Part shown: piece by piece, positions 25,523 through 34,021 of the stretch
How the letters are laid out: each line of letters begins with the position of its first letter
How positions within the stretch are numbered: position 1 is the first letter of the stretch
NCBI GenBank assembly: GCA_041390245.1
Contig: JAWKQI010000001.1
Span: forward strand, 369,388 to 433,387
Reading direction: 5' to 3'
Length of the DNA: 64,000 nt
From: Eubacteriales bacterium
GTDB taxonomy: Bacteria; Bacillota; Clostridia; Christensenellales; JAWKQI01
The notes under the pieces: generated by a model
Database searches by the model: none
Seen by the model: only the letters and a program-made list of their open reading frames with translations
What the model was told of the DNA's origin: nothing
Made by a program: the position numbers and the translations under genes

Positions 25523-25598
25523 GGGTCATTAGCTCAGTTGGTAGAGCACCTGACTCTTAATCAGGGTGTCCGGGGTTCGAGCCCCCGATGGCCTACCA
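25523..25598 (+). tRNA. tRNA-Lys (anticodon CTT)
   Basis: GGGTCATTAGCTCAGTTGGTAGAGCACCTGACTCTTAATCAGGGTGTCCGGGGTTCGAGCCCCCGATGGCCTACCA gives a standard cloverleaf. Confidence 0.9.
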
Positions 25599-25605
25599 AA
25601 TTTTT

Positions 25606-25634
25606 ACTTCTCTAGAAACTAGAGAAGTTTTTTA
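25606..25634 (+). terminator. Terminator of the tRNA cluster
   Basis: CTTCTCTAG-aaa-CTAGAGAAG followed by TTTTTT. Confidence 0.8.
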
Positions 25635-25707
25635 TTGCTTCCTTGCTTCGCGATTATAATGCATTTTTACGTCATATTTAAGACATTTAGCGGAAAAAAC
25701 CGACATC

Positions 25708-25738
25708 AAAAAAGCGGCCAATTCTTGGCCGCTTTTTA
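25708..25738. terminator. Terminator downstream of the EF-G paralog (bidirectional)
   Basis: AGCGGCCAA-ttc-TTGGCCGCT flanked by an A-run and a T-run. Confidence 0.75.
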
Positions 25739-25758
25739 GCGTTAAATAATAATTTACT

Positions 25759-27819
25759 TTATTCTTCTGTTTCTTTCTTAGCTTTTTCAATGACTTTTTG
25801 TGCCAGATTTCCCGGCAACTCCTCGTATCTAATAAATTCTAATTTAAAAGATCCTCTTGCATGCGTCATAGAACGCAGGTCTGTTGCATACTTAACCATT
25901 TCAGACATAGGTACTTCTGCCTCCACAAGCTGCCCTTCACTGGATGGGTTCATGCCTAAAATGCGCCCGCGCCTCTTATTCAAGTCCCCGATTACGTCAC
26001 CCATGTAGTTATCAGGAACAACCACTTCCGCTTTACCAATAGGTTCTAACAAAACTGGGTTTGCTTCACTGCATCCCTTCTTATAAGCAAGAGAGGCCGC
26101 TACTTTAAACGCCATTTCAGATGAATCTACCGGGTGGGAAGACCCATCATAAAGCGTGCAGCGTATATTTACCATCGGGTATCCTGCTAAAACGCCCTTT
26201 GGTATGCTTTCTCTTAAACCTTTTTCAACAGCAGGTATAAAGTTCCTCGGAACAGCCCCGCCTACTACTTTATCAACAAACTCGAATTCAGGTTCTCCAA
26301 AAGTAGGCTCGAACTCTATCCAAACATCACCAAATTGGCCATGTCCGCCAGATTGCTTTTTGTGCCTGCCCTGTGCGCTTATTTTTTTCTTTATAGTCTC
26401 TTTATAAGGGACTTTAGGTTCAGTTAGTTCTGCATCGACTTTAAACTTGTTTGCAAGCTTGCTACATATTACTTCCAAATGCATTTCGCCTAGGCCAGAC
26501 AAAAGCGTATCGCCAGTATCTGCCTTAACAATTGTAAAGGTCGGGTCTTCTTCCGCGAGTTTATGAAGCCCGCCAAAGACCTTGTCCTCTTCACCCTGCT
26601 TCTTGGCACTGACTGCAAGCGATATGCATGGCTTTGGATATTCAATTTCGCTAAACTTTACAGGAAAACTTGGGTCTGCCAAGCTGTCGCTGGTATTTGT
26701 AAACTGTAATTTTGCAAATGCACCGATATCTCCGGCACAAATCTTATCTATAGGAAGCTGTTTCTTGCCTCTCATCATGTAGATAGCTGCCAGCTTTTCG
26801 TTTCTACCTTCACGTACATTCAATATCTGTTTATCAGTTGTTAAGCTTCCGGAATACACCTTAAACACAGACAGCTTGCCGACAAACGGGTCTGCGACTG
26901 TCTTTATTACCTGTGCGGCAAAAGGTGCTTTTTCATCCGGCTTAACTAAAACTTCTTCTTTAGTCTTTGTGTTGAGCGCCTTAATTGGTTCCATATCTGC
27001 CGGTGAAGGAAATAAAGCTATTATATTTGAAGTAAGGGCGCTTATACCAAAGCCATTAGCAGCGGCTGTTATAAACACCGGGATTAAACTTTCCGATGCC
27101 ATACCCATCCTTATACCGCGGGTTATGTCCTCGGCTGTAAGCTCTTCTCCTCCGAAAAACTTCTCCATCAATTCATCGTCATTTTCAGCGGCATTTTCTA
27201 TAAGGGCTTCTTTGGCTTCAGCAAGTTTTTCTTCTAATTCTGCCGGCAAGTCTACTTTTTTACCGCCCTCGTATGCTGCTCCTGTTATTACGTCTACATA
27301 TCCTTTTAACTTAAGTCCTTCGCCTATAGGTAGCTGCAAAACAGTTACTTTATTACCGTAAAAGCTCTTTAAAGAGTCTACTGTCTTAAAAAAAGAGGCA
27401 TTTTCCTTATCCATTTGGTTTATTATAAAAGCCTTAGCGCGCTTTAATTTAGTTGCCAGTGTAAAAGCCTTTTCCGCTCCAACAGAAATACCTGAGACAG
27501 CTGATAATACTATCGCCGCAGTATCACAAAGCGCATAAGCCGCATAAGCTTCTCCTACAAAATCAAAATATCCGGGAGTATCGATTATATTTATTTTATT
27601 TTCTCCCGCCTCCATAGACATAATAGAGGTTGAGATCGAAATCTTTCTCTTTATCTCTTCCGGATCAAAATCCGAAACTGTATTTCCATCTTCTGTCTTC
27701 CCTTGTCGGTCTATCACCTTGCCTGCAAACAGCATAGCCTCGGTAATTGTGGTTTTTCCATCGCCGCCGTGCCCTACAAAAGCAACGTTTCTGATGTTTT
27801 TAGCGGTGTAGACTTTCAT
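25759..27819 (-). CDS. Elongation factor G paralog (EF-G2-like translational GTPase)
   Basis: G motifs GHGGDGKTT, DTPGYFDF and NQMD. It has full five-domain length (686 aa from MKVYTAK). AGGAGG lies 7 nt upstream of ATG 27819. Confidence 0.8.
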   Translation of the reverse strand: MKVYTAKNIRNVAFVGHGGDGKTTITEAMLFAGKVIDRQGKTEDGNTVSDFDPEEIKRKISISTSIMSMEAGENKINIIDTPGYFDFVGEAYAAYALCDTAAIVLSAVSGISVGAEKAFTLATKLKRAKAFIINQMDKENASFFKTVDSLKSFYGNKVTVLQLPIGEGLKLKGYVDVITGAAYEGGKKVDLPAELEEKLAEAKEALIENAAENDDELMEKFFGGEELTAEDITRGIRMGMASESLIPVFITAAANGFGISALTSNIIALFPSPADMEPIKALNTKTKEEVLVKPDEKAPFAAQVIKTVADPFVGKLSVFKVYSGSLTTDKQILNVREGRNEKLAAIYMMRGKKQLPIDKICAGDIGAFAKLQFTNTSDSLADPSFPVKFSEIEYPKPCISLAVSAKKQGEEDKVFGGLHKLAEEDPTFTIVKADTGDTLLSGLGEMHLEVICSKLANKFKVDAELTEPKVPYKETIKKKISAQGRHKKQSGGHGQFGDVWIEFEPTFGEPEFEFVDKVVGGAVPRNFIPAVEKGLRESIPKGVLAGYPMVNIRCTLYDGSSHPVDSSEMAFKVAASLAYKKGCSEANPVLLEPIGKAEVVVPDNYMGDVIGDLNKRRGRILGMNPSSEGQLVEAEVPMSEMVKYATDLRSMTHARGSFKLEFIRYEELPGNLAQKVIEKAKKETEE

Positions 27820-27940
27820 AACATTCCTCCTAATCATATTTTAAATGTGTATCTTATATTAAAAAAATGTTATTTTAAAATAAAAGCGGTGTTAAATTTA
27901 TTTTAGCAGACTTACCTAAAAAAGAAAACATTTTTTTAAA

Positions 27941-27993
27941 ACTAAAAAGCGTCTCTTTTAAAAAGGTACGCATGCAACTTTTAAAAGAGACGC
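27941..27993 (-). terminator. Terminator after the 231-aa membrane protein gene
   Basis: A 15-bp perfect stem GCGTCTCTTTTAAAA / TTTTAAAAGAGACGC (27949-27993) with a T-run on the minus strand. Confidence 0.75.
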
Positions 27994-28033
27994 CCCTGTA
28001 AAAAGGCTTTTTCATATTTTTCTACCTTTAAGT

Positions 28034-28729
28034 CTATTTAAATTCCACTTTAATGGTTATAATGCCGCTTAAACTATCTATCTCGTAAGAATTCCCCTCT
28101 TCATCCATTAAATTATAAATATAGCTATTTAATATATCAATTATGTCAGAGGCTTCATTGGCATATATGATTATATCATCGCTTAATTCGTCTGTCTTAA
28201 CTCCACAAGTAGAGATTTGTGAAAGCGCTTCTATAAAATCGCTTCTATTTTCAAACAGTGCATAACAGTTAAGCTCATCAGTCGACGTGTCACTCAATAT
28301 ATCTTCGCCGTCTGTAGGCGAAGTCGTCGCAGCTAGCTGGCCGCCATATGTGTCCTTAGTATTATCGGTATTTTTGTCATTGTCGCTGTTTGGCAAACTA
28401 AACGATTCGTCCTCACTGCTTGATTCCCGCGTCATGTTTGCCGTTAGGTCATTAGTGCTGCCTTTAAACAGTCCCTGCGAAAATACAAATGCCGACCCTA
28501 TCCCCAAACATAAAACCAAAACCGCTGCCGCACTTATGTACTTCCATGTCTTAGGGGTAAAAACAGATGCCTTCTCTTTAAATTCCGGGCGGCCTTTTCT
28601 TCTTCGCGCATTAGAAATAGCCTCCCTTAACAAGCCTTCCGGCGGATCTAACTCTTTTAAGCCCGAAAGTGCTTTTTTTATAACGTTATCATCTATATTA
28701 TTTTCATATAAATTCATGTTTTTTTTCAT
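28034..28729 (-). CDS. Single-pass membrane protein of unknown function (anti-sigma-like topology)
   Basis: 231 aa: a cytoplasmic N-terminus, a TM segment (YISAAAVLVLCLGIGSAFVF), then an S/D/T-rich linker and a C-terminal domain. Confidence 0.4.
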   Translation of the reverse strand: MKKNMNLYENNIDDNVIKKALSGLKELDPPEGLLREAISNARRRKGRPEFKEKASVFTPKTWKYISAAAVLVLCLGIGSAFVFSQGLFKGSTNDLTANMTRESSSEDESFSLPNSDNDKNTDNTKDTYGGQLAATTSPTDGEDILSDTSTDELNCYALFENRSDFIEALSQISTCGVKTDELSDDIIIYANEASDIIDILNSYIYNLMDEEGNSYEIDSLSGIITIKVEFK

Positions 28730-28814
28730 TATTGTTTTAATAAACCTTTATTTTACATTTCTTTAAAAGTTTGACGGATAAAATCCGCCATAGTTTCAAC
28801 TTTCCCAAAAGTTT

Positions 28815-29639
28815 TTATAAAATAAGGTCATCGTTTATAAAAGACCAGATTTTTTGGTAATCTAACACCTTTTCCTCTCCTGCAGAGGAATATAAAAGTA
28901 TGGTCTGCTCCTTATCATTTTTATCTTTTAAAAGATTGTTTTCCTCCAAAACGCGCTTTAACTGTTTCACAGTACCATCTATACCGTCAAAAACTTCTAA
29001 ATCTTTAATATCAAAGTAGTTTTCAGCATATTCGTAAATGACATCTTTTATAAAATTATAATGTGTACATCCAAGTACGATGGAATCTATTTTTAAACCT
29101 TGCAAGTCGTGTAAAAGTTCATATAAAAGGTCGAATATCTTTTTAGAATAAAAGTCCCCTTGCTCTACTAAATCTACTAGCCCATAACATGGTACGCTAA
29201 TTATCTTGTCCGTATTTACTTTTCTTAAAAGCCTTAAATACTTTTCTCCGAGAACAGTCGCTGGTGTGGCAAGCGTAATGGAATACCCTTCTTTTAAATG
29301 CTTGAAGGCGGGAAGCACGGCCGGTTCCATGCTAATTACCGGAATTGAATACTTTTCCCTTATACTTTTAACCGCTGCACTAGTCGCAGTATTACATGCG
29401 ATCAAAAACGCCTTAACTCCCATTTTAGCTAAAAAGTCCGCACATTTTTCAGATAAAAAAAGTATCTCATCTTCGCTTTTTTCGCCGTACGGAGCATTCA
29501 AGTCGTCTCCTAAATATATAAAATTCTCATTTGGAAGGGCCTTTGCTGCCTCTTTTAAAACGCTTAGTCCCCCAATACCCGAATCGAAGACACCGATAGC
29601 CAGATCGTTTAATGCCAAATGACTTCTCCTTATTTCCAA
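28815..29639 (-). CDS. murI: Glutamate racemase
   Basis: GVFDSGIGGLSVL, catalytic Cys motifs IACNTATS and LGCTHY. Confidence 0.9.
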   Translation of the reverse strand: MEIRRSHLALNDLAIGVFDSGIGGLSVLKEAAKALPNENFIYLGDDLNAPYGEKSEDEILFLSEKCADFLAKMGVKAFLIACNTATSAAVKSIREKYSIPVISMEPAVLPAFKHLKEGYSITLATPATVLGEKYLRLLRKVNTDKIISVPCYGLVDLVEQGDFYSKKIFDLLYELLHDLQGLKIDSIVLGCTHYNFIKDVIYEYAENYFDIKDLEVFDGIDGTVKQLKRVLEENNLLKDKNDKEQTILLYSSAGEEKVLDYQKIWSFINDDLIL

Positions 29640-29689
29640 AAATCTACTTTAAGTAGATTATACCAACCGGAAAAAGTATTTGCAATGCT

Positions 29690-30763
29690 TTAAGTAACGA
29701 CTTTGGATATCGCCTTAGCTATATAGTACATTGAATTTTTGGCTTCTTCAAAAGTATTGGCATTATGGCCAACTTCTATTAAAATACACATGTCGCTAAC
29801 ATGCTGGTTATATCTTCCCGTCTTTACCCTTATGTCCCTTGTAAAGCCCTCGCAGATATTCTCCAGTTCAGCCGTTATTAATTGTGCCAGCTTGTAGTTC
29901 TTGGCGTAATTTGGCTTTTCATTATATTTTTCACCAGTGCCGACGACAAACATGACCCTTGCGCACCTCTTCCCGTCAATGACCACAACATCATCCTTTA
30001 GAGATTCACCGGCCGAATCCCTGTGTATGTCTATAAAAAGCCTAAGTGACGGTGTCTCGCTTAAATGCTCCTCCATTGTCTCAAGCGATCGGCTGTATGC
30101 TGTAGATAATTTAGGCGGTTCATGGTCCTTAGTATCGTGGATTACGCCAAGGCCGTAAGACTCTAGATCATCCATAAGCAGCGTCCCTAAGGCAACAACG
30201 CTTTTATCCTGTTCAGTAGTCCTAGCCTCTCCGCTGGATTTATAGGTATATGTTTCCGTTTCACGGTATGCCTCTTCGGCGTGTGTATGGTAAATCAAAA
30301 CAGTGGGTACACCATTTTTGAGTGTGAAGTCGTTTTCTACTTCGTCGGCAGATTCTTCTATGTCAAATTTTATATCGCCAATATATTCATCGTCTCCTTC
30401 ACTTTCCTCCGGGGTAAGTTCGATATCTACTGTATTGCCGTATGAAATGGGGACCTGGCTTAAGAAGATGTTTATCGGATTTAAGTTGTTTTTAACCAAA
30501 CTTTGCATAAAAGAATAAAGCCAGCTTATTTTTTCTTCGCTGGCAGAATCTTCATCCGTATCTACAGATACAGAATTTAAAGTACTGCTTGGCAGGCTTG
30601 CCACATCTAAAGTGCTTTCTTCAAAAGATGAATTTACTATAAAAAAACGTACAAATAAAATTAAAGTCAAGCCAATCAACAAACAGATAAAAACGTTATA
30701 CGAATTTTTAAAAATACCTTTAAAGCTGCTTTTCTTTTGCATGCCTCGTCTCATAAATTTCAT
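29690..30763 (-). CDS. spoIIP: Stage II sporulation protein P
   Basis: N-terminal TM segment, VLIYHTHAEEAY and IDIHRD motifs, adjacent to gpr as in other sporeformers. Confidence 0.85.
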   Translation of the reverse strand: MKFMRRGMQKKSSFKGIFKNSYNVFICLLIGLTLILFVRFFIVNSSFEESTLDVASLPSSTLNSVSVDTDEDSASEEKISWLYSFMQSLVKNNLNPINIFLSQVPISYGNTVDIELTPEESEGDDEYIGDIKFDIEESADEVENDFTLKNGVPTVLIYHTHAEEAYRETETYTYKSSGEARTTEQDKSVVALGTLLMDDLESYGLGVIHDTKDHEPPKLSTAYSRSLETMEEHLSETPSLRLFIDIHRDSAGESLKDDVVVIDGKRCARVMFVVGTGEKYNEKPNYAKNYKLAQLITAELENICEGFTRDIRVKTGRYNQHVSDMCILIEVGHNANTFEEAKNSMYYIAKAISKVVT

Positions 30764-30813
30764 CTCCTAGGATAATACTTATGAACTAAAGCTGCTAAAA
30801 AGAACGCCTGTCC

Positions 30814-31722
30814 TTAAGAAATTAATTCAAGCTGCTGCTGGACTTCACTTCCCTGAATAGCGTATTCAATAGCGCTAGAAACTACTGAGGCACAAGTATC
30901 TACTATAAAATCTATCTCTTTTGGAGTAACGACCATAGTAGACCCGTTTACCTTTGAAATCTTATCCACTAACGTTTTAATCCTGTTAGCATCATTTGCA
31001 TTGCCAAGAGCTTCTGATATTAAATCATATGCTATAGTCGAAGCATAGACGACAAGCGGCACCCCAATCGCTATGACCGGAACTTTAAGAGTCTCTTTGT
31101 CTATCGTAAAACGCTTGTTGCCTATTCCGGACCCAGGGCTAATACCGGCATCTGAAAGCTGTATGGTAGTCATTATTCGATCTAAGCTCCTCGATGCCAA
31201 CGAATCAACGACTAAAACCAAATCCGGTTTAACGTTTTTAACGACGCCGCGTATTATCTCACCAGTCTCAATGCCGGTTACTCCTAGAACTCCCGGCGAG
31301 ATAGCCGAAACGGCATTTAACTTGCCCTTTAATTCTTCCGGTATCATGTCCTGTGAAAAATGCCTGGTTACAAACACGTTGTCGCAAACAGCAGGCCCCA
31401 GCGAATCTGCCGTTACGTTTCTATTCCCAAGGCCGGCTATAAGCACATTTTTAAATACGTTTCCATTACTCATGGCGCGTATCTCAGCCGCCGTTACTTC
31501 CTGTGCATTCTTTTGTTCTTCTATGCTCATCTCCGAAAACGGCTTCATGGAAATAGTCACATAATTGCCTATTTTCTTGCCTATTGCCTTTTCTCCCTGC
31601 TCGTTTAAGACTTCGACTCTGGTAATCGTTATGTCCCCTTTTTTTTCTTCGCTGGATTTTATCCCTTCTATATCCGAACCGGCCTGCTGAACCGCTTCGC
31701 TTGCCAAATCTGTCCTTACCAT
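30814..31722 (-). CDS. gpr: GPR endopeptidase (spore germination protease)
   Basis: The N-terminus is MVRTDLASEAV. Also present are ...IAGLGNRNVTADSLGP... and ISPGSGIGNKR. Confidence 0.9.
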   Translation of the reverse strand: MVRTDLASEAVQQAGSDIEGIKSSEEKKGDITITRVEVLNEQGEKAIGKKIGNYVTISMKPFSEMSIEEQKNAQEVTAAEIRAMSNGNVFKNVLIAGLGNRNVTADSLGPAVCDNVFVTRHFSQDMIPEELKGKLNAVSAISPGVLGVTGIETGEIIRGVVKNVKPDLVLVVDSLASRSLDRIMTTIQLSDAGISPGSGIGNKRFTIDKETLKVPVIAIGVPLVVYASTIAYDLISEALGNANDANRIKTLVDKISKVNGSTMVVTPKEIDFIVDTCASVVSSAIEYAIQGSEVQQQLELIS

Positions 31723-31804
31723 ATTTTCCTCCTGAAAAAATATCTTTTTATTAAATAGCGTCTTTAAAAAGTATTGCTTTTATACAGTATTTTTAAAATT
31801 TGTC

Positions 31805-31833
31805 TTGCAAATTTTTTTATTCAGTGGTAAAAT
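31805..31833 (+). promoter_or_regulatory. Sigma-A promoter of rpmB with an extended -10
   Basis: TTGCAA (31805-31810), a 17-nt spacer and TGgTAAAAT (31825-31833). Confidence 0.65.
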
Positions 31834-31867
31834 TTATTTCATTCGAGGAAAAAGGCAGGTGTTTTTG

Positions 31868-32053
31868 GTGGCAAAATACTGTGAGATTTGCAAAAAGGGA
31901 ATAATGTCTGGGAATAAAGTCAGCCATTCAAATAGAAAATCTAAGAGAAAATGGGCTCCCAACATTCGTCATGTCACAATGACAGTCGATGGCTCCCCTA
32001 AAAAGATGTACGTTTGTACTCGTTGCATTAGGACGCAGGCAAAAAATTCTTAA
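31868..32053 (+). CDS. rpmB: 50S ribosomal protein L28
   Basis: (M)AKYCEICKKGIMSGNKVSHSNRKSKRKWAPNIRHV... is the L28 signature. GTG start at 31868. The track ORF is extended upstream by a spurious TTG. Confidence 0.9.
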   Translation: MAKYCEICKKGIMSGNKVSHSNRKSKRKWAPNIRHVTMTVDGSPKKMYVCTRCIRTQAKNS

Positions 32054-32069
32054 AATTTAAAGCAAATTT

Positions 32070-32097
32070 AAAAACGGCTAGTCGGCCGTTTTTTTAT
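32070..32097. terminator. Terminator shared by rpmB and the convergent spoVM
   Basis: AACGGC-tagtcg-GCCGTT flanked by an A-run and a T-run. Confidence 0.7.
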
Positions 32098-32128
32098 TTT
32101 AAAAATTTCCTATTCCCCTATGTAATAA

Positions 32129-32200
32129 TTATTTTTTAACAAACATAAACCTTAAAATCCCTCTTAAAACCCAAGGCGCTCTTATGCAATATATCCTCAA
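32129..32200 (-). CDS. spoVM: Stage V sporulation protein M (23-aa amphipathic peptide); not in the ORF track
   Basis: GGAGGGGG lies 7 nt before the TTG start. MRIYCIRAPWVLRGILRFMFVKK aligns with B. subtilis SpoVM MKFYTIKLPKFLGGIVRAMLGSFRKD (M+.Y.I+.P..L.GI.R.M). It has the same position between rpe and the convergent rpmB. Confidence 0.75.
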   Translation of the reverse strand: MRIYCIRAPWVLRGILRFMFVKK

Positions 32201-32258
32201 AATAAACACCCCCTCCATAAGATATATATTAAAGACATTTAAGATATAATACTTTTTT

Positions 32259-32423
32259 CTAAAAACATCGCCAATTAAAAGAGCAAAGACCGATTATAAC
32301 TAAAACTACACCTAGGAGAAAGATAACAATTTTAAAAGGCAAACACCAAAGTATTATAAAAAGCCCTACTAATAAAAGTATAATTCCGCAAGTCCATCCT
32401 TTTCGTCCGCATCTAAACCACAT
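32259..32423 (-). CDS. Possible small two-TM membrane protein (54 aa); not in track
   Basis: MWFRCGRKGWTCGIILLLVGLFIILWCLPFKIVIFLLGVVLVIIGLCSFNWRCF. The start codon sits in the T-run of the rpe terminator and the RBS is weak, so the ORF is doubtful. Confidence 0.25.
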   Translation of the reverse strand: MWFRCGRKGWTCGIILLLVGLFIILWCLPFKIVIFLLGVVLVIIGLCSFNWRCF

Positions 32424-32516
32424 AAAAAACCCGCCTTAAGCATATATTTTTCCTAATATAACATATTTAAAGCGGGTTAGATTTGTTACTGCTTTTTAAG
32501 TGCTTTTTTGTATACT

Positions 32517-33155
32517 TTACTCACCGCGAAGGGCTCTTACCTCTGCTTTTTTATCAGGCGCATTGAAAAATGCACTTCCCGAAACGAGTACGTTTACTCC
32601 TGCTGCAATTATCTCCTTTGCGTTTTTTGAAGACACTCCGCCGTCAAACTGTATATCTAAGTCGTTTCCGGAATAGTCCCTTAGCTTCCTTGCCTTTATT
32701 AGGCTTTCTGGTATAAACTTCTGGCCGCCGAATCCCGGGTTAACGGACATAATAAGGACCATTTCCACATAGTTTAAAAGCCCAAAGCAAACTTCTATCG
32801 GGGTCCCCGGGTTTAATGCCAGCCCGGGTTTTTTACCGGTTAAGCGTATTTGCTGCAATACTCGGTGTATATGTTTTGTCGCCTCAACATGTGCAACTAT
32901 TATGTCTGCACCTGCATCGGCAAACTCCTCTATATATCTTTCCGGGCGCTCTATCATAAGGTGTACGTCCAGCGGCAATTTTGTCATCTTCCTTACCGCC
33001 GCAACCATCGGCTGCCCGAAAGTAATGTTTGGCACAAACATACCATCCATAACATCCATATGCACCATATCCGCACCTGAAAGTTCGATTTCCTTGATTC
33101 CAGCCGCTATGTTCGAAAAATCCGCTGATAAAATTGACGGTGAAACTTTGATCAT
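32517..33155 (-). CDS. rpe: Ribulose-phosphate 3-epimerase
   Basis: PSILSADF, HMDVMDGMFVPNITFG and VNPGFGGQKF motifs. Confidence 0.92.
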   Translation of the reverse strand: MIKVSPSILSADFSNIAAGIKEIELSGADMVHMDVMDGMFVPNITFGQPMVAAVRKMTKLPLDVHLMIERPERYIEEFADAGADIIVAHVEATKHIHRVLQQIRLTGKKPGLALNPGTPIEVCFGLLNYVEMVLIMSVNPGFGGQKFIPESLIKARKLRDYSGNDLDIQFDGGVSSKNAKEIIAAGVNVLVSGSAFFNAPDKKAEVRALRGE

Positions 33156-33178
33156 CTTAATAACTCCTTAAACTTTAT

Positions 33179-34000
33179 TTAATATTTCTTTTGGCTTTTA
33201 AGTTCATTAAATATCTTTAAATACCTCTGATACCGCCCATCATCTATCACACTTCCAGTTTTTACGCCGCAGCCCTTTTCCCCTATATGCATGCAGTCTA
33301 AAAACTCACATGTGATATCTCTAAATTCAGGATATACATCTTTTAGCTCATCTTCAGGAAAGGAGATTTCAAAGGAAGAAAACCCCGGCGTATCGGCTAT
33401 ATAAGCGCCTCCTATGTCAAACAGCCTTGCCTCTCTAGTTGTATTTTTTCCCCTCTCAATCTTTTTGGACATCTCGCCCGTCTCAAGAGATAATGAAAAC
33501 AGTGCATTTATAAGAGAAGACTTCCCAACGGCAGACTGCCCTGCAAAGCATACTATTGAACCTATTATTTTATTATAAAATTCAGCTATTCCATAAGATG
33601 TCTTAGCGGAAACGGACAGTACTAAAAAATATTTCCCATATGCATTTCTTACATATTCCGTAGTATCAACGTCTATATCCGCCTTGTTTACTGCTATTAT
33701 CGGAGAAATGCCTTCCTTTAGGCAAAATATCAGCTGCTTATCAAGCAATAAGTAGTCTGGTTCAGGTATAGGCGCCAAGACTATTATAAGCTTATCTACA
33801 TTTGCCACCTTCGGCCGGATAAGGTTGTTTTTCCTAGGTAAAATATTAACTATCTTTCCTTCGTCAATGTCGACTCTATCTCCAACCATGGGTTTTATTT
33901 TAAGATGCCTGAAAACGCCTTTAGCGCTTACCTCAAAAACTCTGCCGCCGCTAAAAACGTAATAAAACCCGGCGATGGCTCTAACTATTAAACCCCTTAT
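33179..34000 (-). CDS. rsgA: Ribosome small-subunit-dependent GTPase A; 5' end uncertain (no ATG/GTG/TTG in frame)
   Basis: GQSAVGKSSLINAL, DTPGF and the zinc knuckle CEFLDCMHIGEKGC. The frame stays open upstream of the track ORF start (33889) and encodes the OB-fold N-terminus LIRGLIVRAIAGFYYVFSGGRVFEVSAKGVF. The only in-frame candidate start is ATA 34000, with GGGAGAGG 6 nt upstream. Confidence 0.8.
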   Translation of the reverse strand: MRGLIVRAIAGFYYVFSGGRVFEVSAKGVFRHLKIKPMVGDRVDIDEGKIVNILPRKNNLIRPKVANVDKLIIVLAPIPEPDYLLLDKQLIFCLKEGISPIIAVNKADIDVDTTEYVRNAYGKYFLVLSVSAKTSYGIAEFYNKIIGSIVCFAGQSAVGKSSLINALFSLSLETGEMSKKIERGKNTTREARLFDIGGAYIADTPGFSSFEISFPEDELKDVYPEFRDITCEFLDCMHIGEKGCGVKTGSVIDDGRYQRYLKIFNELKSQKKY

Positions 34001-34021
34001 TAAAAACCTCTCCCATCTATT

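Noticed and set aside
25394-25523. The repeated 57-nt unit, considered as a possible mini-CRISPR or other repeat array.
   Set aside because: There are only two copies, the repeat is tRNA-derived, there is no spacer-repeat periodicity and no cas genes are present. It is interpreted instead as a tRNA duplication or att scar.
25022-25615. Three plus-strand ORFs (25022-25288, 25104-25301, 25415-25615).
   Set aside because: They run through the tRNA promoter and the tRNA-Leu, Gly and Lys genes, so they are artefacts of translating structural RNA genes.
25759-27837. The EF-G-like gene as a Tet(M)/Tet(O)-type ribosomal protection (tetracycline resistance) gene.
   Set aside because: Its length (about 686 aa versus about 640 aa) and overall sequence look like an EF-G paralog rather than Tet(M). 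There is no mobile-element context. The question cannot be decided without a phylogeny, so no resistance call is made.
32424-32480. A long imperfect hairpin, AACCCGCTTTAA...TTAAGGCGGGTT, considered as a possible riboswitch or attenuator.
   Set aside because: It lies directly after the rpe stop and has a T-run on the coding strand. The simplest reading is the rpe terminator. No conserved riboswitch core was recognised.
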